This document shows, piece after piece, positions 57,350 to 64,000 of a stretch of DNA of 64,000 bases. Each line of letters begins with the position of its first letter. Positions within the stretch are counted from its first letter, which is position 1. Under the pieces are notes generated by a model. That model had not been told where the DNA came from, ran no database searches, and saw only the letters and a program-made list of their open reading frames with translations. This DNA comes from an uncultured Acidobacteriota bacterium (GTDB lineage Bacteria > Acidobacteriota > Terriglobia > Terriglobales > Acidobacteriaceae): assembly GCA_963797795.1 (NCBI GenBank), contig CAWCQY010000002.1, positions 7,846 through 71,845 on the forward strand, read 5' to 3'. The translations under genes were made by a program, and so were the position numbers.

Positions 57350-57380
57350 GTTCGCGAAAACGAGTGTTCGCGAAAACGAG
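57349..57380. repeat. perfect tandem duplication of a 16-mer, each copy containing the palindrome TTCGCGAA
   Basis: TGTTCGCGAAAACGAG occurs at 57349-57364 and again at 57365-57380. It lies between the glnA terminator and the SRPBCC gene start. Confidence 0.9.
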
Positions 57381-57423
57381 GCTCGCGCTCAACGGCGTGA
57401 GCCATTTCTTTTGGAGGATGAAA

Positions 57424-57915
57424 ATGTCGACATTTCAAGGCAAACGCGTCGCTCACGAATACACCCAAAACAATGTGGCTCCGCCGGAGAGAGTCTTCCC
57501 CCTGCTATGCCCGGTGCGGGAGGCGGAATGGGTTCCGGGATGGCAGTATCGTTTGATTTATTCGGAGTCCGGCCGGGCCGAATACGGTTGTGTTTTCATC
57601 ACGCCGAACGAAGACGGCACGGAGACCACCTGGATAGTCACGGACTACGATCCTGCATCGTTCCACATTGCATTTGCATGGATGAATCCCGGACTGGTGG
57701 CAGCTCAGATCAAGATCAGTCTTTCGAGCGCGGATACGCCTGGGCACACCAGGGCACTCGTCCAGTACACTTACACCGGGCTGTCGACGGAGGGGAATCA
57801 GGAGGTCGAACGTTATGACCAGGAATGGTTCCGGCACAAAATGCAGAGTTGGGAGGCGGCGATTAATCACTATCTGCAGGCAGGAAAGAAGATCGATGCG
57901 GCACAGTGGGAGTGA
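57424..57915 (+). CDS. SRPBCC-superfamily (polyketide-cyclase/AHSA1-like) protein
   Basis: ATG 57424 lies 6 nt after GGAGGA. 163 aa with a pattern typical of SRPBCC small proteins (ERVFPLLCPVREAEWVPGW). The family call is inference. Confidence 0.7.
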   Translation: MSTFQGKRVAHEYTQNNVAPPERVFPLLCPVREAEWVPGWQYRLIYSESGRAEYGCVFITPNEDGTETTWIVTDYDPASFHIAFAWMNPGLVAAQIKISLSSADTPGHTRALVQYTYTGLSTEGNQEVERYDQEWFRHKMQSWEAAINHYLQAGKKIDAAQWE

Positions 57916-58159
57916 GGGCTGTGGCAAGATCGCCCAGGCCGCGCAAGCGATTCATCAGAATAGGATCGTCATAGTACCTCCGTGCGCACATTTCATTGAA
58001 TGCCGGAGCGAGCGGCTGTCATAATCAACTGTTGACGGAGCGTGTTTCCTGGCGACAACCTCACTGACTACGGATTTTGAAGAGCGCTGGCTGCCCGCCT
58101 CCGTTCTTTGCCTGCGCGATTACAGCCTGAACAAATTCTCGCATGACCTCATCGCGGGC

Positions 58160-59758
58160 GTGACGGTAGGACTCGTCGCCCTACCGCTGGCGATGGCGTT
58201 TGCCATTGCGTCGGGCCTCACGCCACAGGCGGGAATCTATTGTGCGGTGGTGACCGGATTTCTGATTTCGGCTCTGGGAGGATCGAAGACGCAGATTGGT
58301 GGACCGACGGGGGCGTTCGTCGTCGTCGTCGCTGGAATTGTCGCGGTGCACGGTGTGGATGGACTATTCATGTGCACGGTGATGGCCGGAGTTCTGCTCA
58401 TCATTCTCGGAGTTACGGGCATGGGCACGGCGGTGAAGTTTATTCCGCGGCCGGTTGTGACTGGCTTCACCAACGGAATCGCAGTCCTCATCGCTAGCAC
58501 GCAGCTCAAAGATTTTTTCGGATTGAAGATCGACAAGATTCCAGGAGTTTTCTGGCTGCGCATGGAAACGATCGCAGCCAACTTCCATACGCTGTCGTAC
58601 ACCGCGACGATGCTCGCTGTTGGCACTGTAACCATCATGCTGGTCTGCCGAGTGGTATCAGGTCGCATTCCAGGACCGATCGTGGCCATGCTGTCCGCCA
58701 CGGTCGCGGTGGCGGTGCTCAAGCTGCCTGTTGAAACCATCGGCACGCGCTTCGGAGGAATCCCGAGCGGGCTGCCCCCCTTCGCGATTCCGCACTTTCG
58801 CTCCGATCTCATTCATGGGTTGCTCGGTCCGGCGTTTACCATCGCGATGCTGGGCGCGATCGAGTCCCTGATGTCAGCGGTGGTGGCGGATCGGATGAGC
58901 AATGACCATCACAATCCGAACGTCGAACTGATGGCGCAGGGCGTGGCAAACATCATTTCGCCCATGGTCGGAGGGCTACCGGCCACGGGAGCGATTGCAC
59001 GTACCGCGACCAATATCCGCTCCGGCGCGAAGACGCCGGTGGCTGGAATAATTCACGCCCTGACCCTAGTCTGCGTCTTGCTGTTTGCCGCACCCTTAAC
59101 CAGTTACATTCCGATGGCTGCGCTGGCGGGGATTTTAATGGTCGTCGCCTACAACATGGGCGAGTGGCGGGAGATTCCGCAACTACTGAAGCTGACCAAG
59201 ACCGACATCAGCATCTGGTTGGTCACGTTCGCGCTCACCGTATTTGCCGATCTAACGGTCGCGGTCGAAGCCGGAATGATTCTGGCGGCGCTGCTATTTA
59301 TTGGCCGGGTAGCAAACACCACGACCGTATCTCAGGTCACCGACGATTACGTCGAAGATGGGCGTGTGCATATTCTGCAAGATAAAGATATTCCTTACTA
59401 CGCCACGATCTTCCGTATTCACGGGCCATTTCTGTTTGGAGCGACGGATAAAGTTTCGGCGATTTTGGAGAGGATCCACGAGTTGCCGCCGGTGGTGATT
59501 CTGCGCTTGCGCAACATGACTGCGATCGACGCCACCGGTCTATACGCGCTGGAGGAAGTGGCTCGGGAACTGCATGCATCCAGTCGGACGCTGATTCTTT
59601 GTGGCGCCCGAGAGCAGCCGGCCCAACTCATTCGGAAGGCTGAGTTTGAAGACGTGATCGGACACGAGAACATTTGCGACAACGTGCAGGAAGCTTTGCG
59701 GCGGGCGGAAGACGTTTTTGAGCGGATGGAGAACAAGGCCGCGGCGGGCGCCCATTGA
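58160..59758 (+). CDS. SulP-family anion transporter with a C-terminal STAS domain (true start probably upstream)
   Basis: Motifs GVTVGLVALPLAMAFAIASGL and a C-terminal STAS domain (VVILRLRNMTAIDATGLYALEE). The conserved DLIAG element lies upstream of the first canonical start (GTG 58160). Confidence 0.9.
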   Translation: MTVGLVALPLAMAFAIASGLTPQAGIYCAVVTGFLISALGGSKTQIGGPTGAFVVVVAGIVAVHGVDGLFMCTVMAGVLLIILGVTGMGTAVKFIPRPVVTGFTNGIAVLIASTQLKDFFGLKIDKIPGVFWLRMETIAANFHTLSYTATMLAVGTVTIMLVCRVVSGRIPGPIVAMLSATVAVAVLKLPVETIGTRFGGIPSGLPPFAIPHFRSDLIHGLLGPAFTIAMLGAIESLMSAVVADRMSNDHHNPNVELMAQGVANIISPMVGGLPATGAIARTATNIRSGAKTPVAGIIHALTLVCVLLFAAPLTSYIPMAALAGILMVVAYNMGEWREIPQLLKLTKTDISIWLVTFALTVFADLTVAVEAGMILAALLFIGRVANTTTVSQVTDDYVEDGRVHILQDKDIPYYATIFRIHGPFLFGATDKVSAILERIHELPPVVILRLRNMTAIDATGLYALEEVARELHASSRTLILCGAREQPAQLIRKAEFEDVIGHENICDNVQEALRRAEDVFERMENKAAAGAH

Positions 59759-59834
59759 GATCGGTTCTCCCCCGAGGCCGACCCCATCCGCATTGATCGG
59801 CGCCCGCCAAGACCCTTTTGCTGCGGATCTGTTT

Positions 59835-60113
59835 CTATTTCTTGCTTGCAGCGACAGCCGGCGGCGGTGCCTGCGTGATCCCCAGGTAGCTGTTCACCGT
59901 TTCAGTCGTCAGGGCTGTGTTAAAAGCGATCTCTGAGACCGTCTGGCCCTGTGTTTTCAGGAGCCGAACTTGCACGCCATCCGAAAGCTTTACCGTATCT
60001 TGTGTTGGTTCAATTTTGGTCGCTCGCTGAGCAGGTGCGGTTGGTTGGGGCGCAGTCACTTGCGCCGCTGCACCAAAGTCGAAAGCGGTTCCCCCGCTGA
60101 TCGGAGTTGCCAT
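59835..60113 (-). CDS. small hypothetical protein (92 aa)
   Basis: ATG 60113 is preceded by GAAGGAGGA on the minus strand. No homology recognised. Confidence 0.5.
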   Translation of the reverse strand: MATPISGGTAFDFGAAAQVTAPQPTAPAQRATKIEPTQDTVKLSDGVQVRLLKTQGQTVSEIAFNTALTTETVNSYLGITQAPPPAVAASKK

Positions 60114-60312
60114 GGTCGTGTCCTCCTTCAACCTACCGTTATCCAAGGTTATCGGCAATCCCGCAGAGAACTTTAGTCCGTACCAAACTGGACCGCGAAA
60201 ACGCGCCTATCAGGCGTGTTTTCAGGAAGGACTGGGCCGACGCCAGGGACCTGCGGCTTGCATGCTACGGTCGGCCGCTTTATAGTCTGTTTGCAGTCGA
60301 GAGGATCTTTCC

Positions 60313-60666
60313 ATGCTCCGAATGCTCTTGCACTGGGTAGTCACGGCGCTGGCGGTCTGGATCACCTCGCGCGTGGTGCCAGGCTTTTATGTGGATGGCG
60401 CCGCTGCCGCGCTCATCGCCGCGGTCGTCATCGGATTGGTCAATGCGACGGTGGGCCTGTTCTTAAAGATCATCACCTTCCCGCTAACTATCCTGACCTT
60501 GGGCGTGTTCTGGTTTGTGATCAACGCCATCATGCTGGAACTGGCCTCGGCCTTCGTACCGGGCTTTCACATACATAGTTTCGGAGCGGCGTTCGTCGGC
60601 GGGATCGTGCTCACCCTGGTGAACATGCTGCTGAAGTGGCTGGTGATGCCATCGCGGCGGGGATGA
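60313..60666 (+). CDS. phage-holin-4_2 / YvlD-like (DUF360) small membrane protein
   Basis: 117 aa with three or four TM segments. It resembles B. subtilis YvlD (VVPGFYVDG, GLVNATVGLFLKIITFPLTILTLGVFWFVINAIML, VPGFHIHSF). Confidence 0.8.
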   Translation: MLRMLLHWVVTALAVWITSRVVPGFYVDGAAAALIAAVVIGLVNATVGLFLKIITFPLTILTLGVFWFVINAIMLELASAFVPGFHIHSFGAAFVGGIVLTLVNMLLKWLVMPSRRG

Positions 60667-60699
60667 AACGCGAGTATTGACGCGTCTTTCGAACGTCAT

Positions 60700-61557
60700 T
60701 CACTGGCTTGCTTTGGGCGCCTTGCGCGGCTTGAGAGATTTCCAATCGTCTTCAGTCAATAATCTTCCCAACGCGCTGAACTCGCCTGCGCCTTGCAGTT
60801 GTTCGCCGCCGTCCATCACAACCACCTCGCCGTTGATGTAGCCCGAACCGTCGCTGACTAGGAATGCGGCCAGATTTGCCAACTCCTCGACCGTGCCGAA
60901 CCGGCGCATGGGATTCTGCTCACGGGCAAACTTTTCAAGCTCCGGTCGCGGAAGCAAACGGGAGAAAGCTCCTTCAGTGGGAATTGGTCCGGGAGCGATT
61001 GCGTTCATGCGGACGCCACGGTCTCCCCACTCCACCGCAAGACTGCGGGTCAAGGCGACCACTCCAGCTTTGGCCATGGCCGACGGAACCACGTACGCGG
61101 AACCGCTTGATACATAGGTGGCGGCAATGTTCAGGACGATTCCAGGATGCTTGGCTTGCAGCCAACGGCGTCCGCAGGCCATGGTGGCGTTGATGGTGCC
61201 CATCAGGACAATGCCAAGAACGGCTTCAAATGCGCCGGGAGAGAGTTCCTCCGTACGGGCGAGAAAATTTCCGGCGGCGTTGTTGACCAGGATGTCGAGC
61301 GGGCCATGTTTCCAAATGGACTCGATCATCTCTTCGACGCGTGCCAGATCACGAACATCGCAGGGTAGAGACCGAATCTTGTTAGGCGCCGCCCGACTCA
61401 ATTCGGCTTCCGCGTCGGAAAGAACGTGCTGGCGGCGTCCGCAGATGTAGACCTCAGCGCCCAACTCGAGAAAACGGTGGGCCATCCCCTTACCCAAACC
61501 CGTGCCGCCGCCGGTGATGAGAATGCGTTTCTGGTGCAGCAGGTCGCTTTGGAACAT
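60700..61557 (-). CDS. SDR-family oxidoreductase (2,4-dienoyl-CoA-reductase-like)
   Basis: Rossmann motif ILITGGGTGLGKGMA, NNAAGNF, and the active-site region YVVPSAMAKAG. Confidence 0.9.
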   Translation of the reverse strand: MFQSDLLHQKRILITGGGTGLGKGMAHRFLELGAEVYICGRRQHVLSDAEAELSRAAPNKIRSLPCDVRDLARVEEMIESIWKHGPLDILVNNAAGNFLARTEELSPGAFEAVLGIVLMGTINATMACGRRWLQAKHPGIVLNIAATYVSSGSAYVVPSAMAKAGVVALTRSLAVEWGDRGVRMNAIAPGPIPTEGAFSRLLPRPELEKFAREQNPMRRFGTVEELANLAAFLVSDGSGYINGEVVVMDGGEQLQGAGEFSALGRLLTEDDWKSLKPRKAPKASQ

Positions 61558-61643
61558 ACGGACTCCCGGGCGTGACTGGATAGACTGCGAGAGATTGTAA
61601 ATCCCGGAAGGTTGAACCGCAGAACCGGCTTTCGGCGGGAAGG

Positions 61644-62423
61644 CTACTGTTTCTTCTTGCTCAGCTTGCGGCGGATGTCGGGCCAGAATTCCTTGATGAC
61701 GAGTGTCATGGTGTCGTAGCCCATCTGCGTTCCCCAGACTTTCATGGTGTTTGAGGCGGTTTTATCGGCGGTCGGATGATAGCTATAGGTAGAGATGGCC
61801 GCGCCAGCTCCGCTCCCTAGCACCTCCGAGAAGTTGAACATTTGGTGCCCGGAATCGCTCCGCGTAACCACGATGCGACTGACTGCATATCCAGTGCGAT
61901 GCCAAAATCCTCCGGCGCTTTCCTGAAAGAAACGAGGGTCTTGGCTCAGGATGGACGGGAAAATGGCCTGGACCATAAAGTTTTCGATGATGCCATCGGC
62001 CGCCGCTGATCCGAAACGCTTGAAGTAGCCCTCAGCACCCTGACCATAGCCAGGTTCGCTGTTTTGCGCCTGGCTTATGCCCGCCAAAGCCGCGTACCAG
62101 GGGATTTGGATATAGTCGAAGGCCGACCGGCTCACCACTTTGAATTTTTGCCCGGTCGAGAGCGGTGGAACGTTGACGCCATTCTCCACGGTGAGAAAAT
62201 TCGGTAGGGCAAAGAAAAGCCGGTCCTTCGAGGTCCCTGACGGGTTCTCGGTCTTTTCTGGCGTCTTGCGGTCTTGAGGGTCCTTGGCCTGATCCGTGGT
62301 CGGGGGGTTCTGGGATGCGGGCTGGTCGGATGGCGGAGTCGGGGTTTGCTGCGCCGCGGCAGCGATTACGAACAGGTTTATAAGGGCTAGCACAACCAAA
62401 GAGCGGGTTACAAAAGTCTTCAA
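61644..62423 (-). CDS. secreted hypothetical protein
   Basis: TTG start with an AGGAGA RBS. Signal peptide MKTFVTRSLVVLALINLFVIAAAAQQ, followed by a Pro/Thr-rich linker. Confidence 0.7.
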   Translation of the reverse strand: MKTFVTRSLVVLALINLFVIAAAAQQTPTPPSDQPASQNPPTTDQAKDPQDRKTPEKTENPSGTSKDRLFFALPNFLTVENGVNVPPLSTGQKFKVVSRSAFDYIQIPWYAALAGISQAQNSEPGYGQGAEGYFKRFGSAAADGIIENFMVQAIFPSILSQDPRFFQESAGGFWHRTGYAVSRIVVTRSDSGHQMFNFSEVLGSGAGAAISTYSYHPTADKTASNTMKVWGTQMGYDTMTLVIKEFWPDIRRKLSKKKQ

Positions 62424-62753
62424 AAGAATAGGTCTCCTGTAATTCAGGCTTCAATCTTGATGGAAGCCGGGATCCACTCAGTGCAACGGCGACACAAAGG
62501 TGCTCCCAGATCGCATGAACGGGTTCTGTCTAGAGTAACAAAAGGACCAGCAGGAGCGGAAAAAACCGGATGCGATGAATGCCGGCGAATCCGTTCGGAT
62601 CGTTCACCTTTGCCTACAAAGGTAACCCGCTGGGGCGAAATCCACTCGGCTTTTACATTACTTTACAGAACGAAAGTTTGGGGCACTGCCTCACCACTGC
62701 CTTAACGAATCCGAACCCTAGTGAAGTCGCCACGCTACTTGCATATGAAGAAT

Positions 62754-62798
<45 letters not shown>

Positions 62799-63279
62799 CT
62801 CGGTGGCCGAAAGAAGCCTCAATGACACCGAGCGATCCGCTGCAGCATGGAAGTCCAGTGTTCATGCGGGCCCGACGCATCGTCGCTGCCCTTCACGTGT
62901 ACCCGAGCGACAGGGAGCGAAACCTCCCGAGACGGGTAGGGATGGGAGGGTTACGACACAAACCACGACACAAAATTCCAGGAGTAAGTCAACGGGCGGG
63001 CCGCTCCCCGTGATCCCCCAGGGACCGCGCTGAGTTGTCCGGCGGGGAGCCCACCCCAGTCGCGTAGGCGTCCCTTGGCCTCGTCGGCTACCTACAAAAA
63101 ATACAAAAAAAAATAACAGTCGTCATTCACCGGCCCGACCCGTCCCGAATTCCGAGAAAACCAACGATATTGTGACGAGGCGCGGCGGGGTTTTGAGTGT
63201 AATGGCCTGTGGGTGTTGAAAAAGTCACTGTGATTAGCGATCGGAATGGCGGCGGAAGCATGGTAAATAAGAAGGAGGA

Positions 63280-64000
63280 ATGCTTGCCATGCTGTGGATC
63301 GCCATTCTCGGAGGCCTGCTGATCATGATGGGGCAACACGACCGTTCTGAAGCGCTGTTCTACTACTTCCGCCTGGAAGATCAGGTTCCCGAGCGTCATC
63401 TGCTGCGGCTCATCGAGAAGCACATCAGTTTTGAGTTTGTGCGGCAGCAACTGAAGGACAGCTACAGTGAGACCGGTCGACCGTCGATTGATCCTGAGTT
63501 GCTGCTGCGCATTCTGTTGATCGGTTATCTCTACGGCATTAGCAGCGAGCGCAAACTGGTAGAAGAACTGCGCATGCACTTGGCCTGGCGCTGGTTCACT
63601 GGATTAGGGTTCGATCAGGAGATTCCCCATCACTCGACGTTTTCGAAGAACCGGCATGGCCGCTTTCAGGAGTCGAACCTGTTTCAGGAGTTGTTTGAGC
63701 GCATCGTAGAGCAGTGCATCGGGGCGGGTCTGGTAGAGGGCGAGCAGATGTCGGTCGATGGCAGCTTCGTCATGGCGAATGCGAGCCATCACAGTCGTAT
63801 TCCCCGCGAACAGTTCACGGAGGCAGCACAGGTGAACTATGGGGCGCGGAAGTACCTGGAAGAACTAGAGCAGGAGAACGGCGATGGCGAGCCCCTCCAT
63901 CAGCAAGACAAGGTGTCGACTACCGACCCGGATTCGACGTACCTGACCAAGGGAAATCGGGCTGCCGAACTGGGTTACTTCGATAACTATCTGATCGACA
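63280..64000 (+). mobile_element. IS5/IS1182-family transposase gene, 5' part (runs off the window)
   Basis: Absent from the ORF track because there is no stop. The ATG at 63280 follows AAGGAGG. My translation gives GQHDRSEALFYYFRLEDQVPERHLLRLIEKHISFEFVRQQLKDSYSETGRPSIDPELLLRILLIGYLYGISSERKLVEELRMHLAWRWFTGL, the typical DUF772/InsH N-terminal domain. The listed minus-strand ORFs here are antisense. Confidence 0.85.

Noticed and set aside
63127-63792. Minus-strand ORFs 63127-63579 and 63604-63792
   Set aside because: They are antisense to the clearly recognisable IS5/IS1182 transposase N-terminal domain on the + strand.

Overview
This 64 kb chromosomal window looks like an Acidobacteriota-type (Terriglobia-like) bacterium. 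That call is inferred from gene content only: GloVer-repeat proteins, wHTH-TPR and Hanks-kinase-TPR regulators, and a hemE-hemH-hemY cluster. No search was run. I support about 55 protein-coding genes, mostly envelope, transport and housekeeping functions. They include an RND efflux operon (pump, adaptor, outer-membrane factor), aminopeptidase N, a GldA/F/G-like ABC operon with a DUF4340 gene, a heme-synthesis cluster, bactofilin, glutamine synthetase, a SulP transporter, a large Ser/Thr kinase and several regulators. Two real genes at the window edges are missing from the ORF track because they have no stop inside the window: a PAS histidine kinase (1-1505, minus strand) and an IS5/IS1182-like transposase (63280-64000, plus strand). 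There is one intact tRNA-Pro(GGG) at 41088-41164. I found no CRISPR array, no rRNA, and no recognisable defence, toxin-antitoxin or secretion-system module. The observations most worth a second look are listed here. (1) The RNase R gene is broken by about nine frame changes plus a stop, almost all behaving as single-base insertions, inside a locally GC-rich stretch. (2) murJ is split in an A6 run. (3) An exact 3' half of a tRNA-Pro(CGG) sits 179 nt downstream of sequences matching its missing acceptor and anticodon-stem strands, next to an IS element. (4) About 10 kb after tRNA-Pro(GGG) holds a tight five-gene operon of unrecognisable small membrane, lipoprotein and zinc-ribbon proteins plus several decayed genes. 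(5) A 'HYGWARLNV' secreted-protein family and a GloVer-repeat protein occur together twice. (6) There is a SET-domain protein and a response regulator lacking its phospho-acceptor Asp. All family calls come from motif recognition by eye. The frame-disruption findings could be sequencing artefacts and need read-level checks before any biological interpretation.
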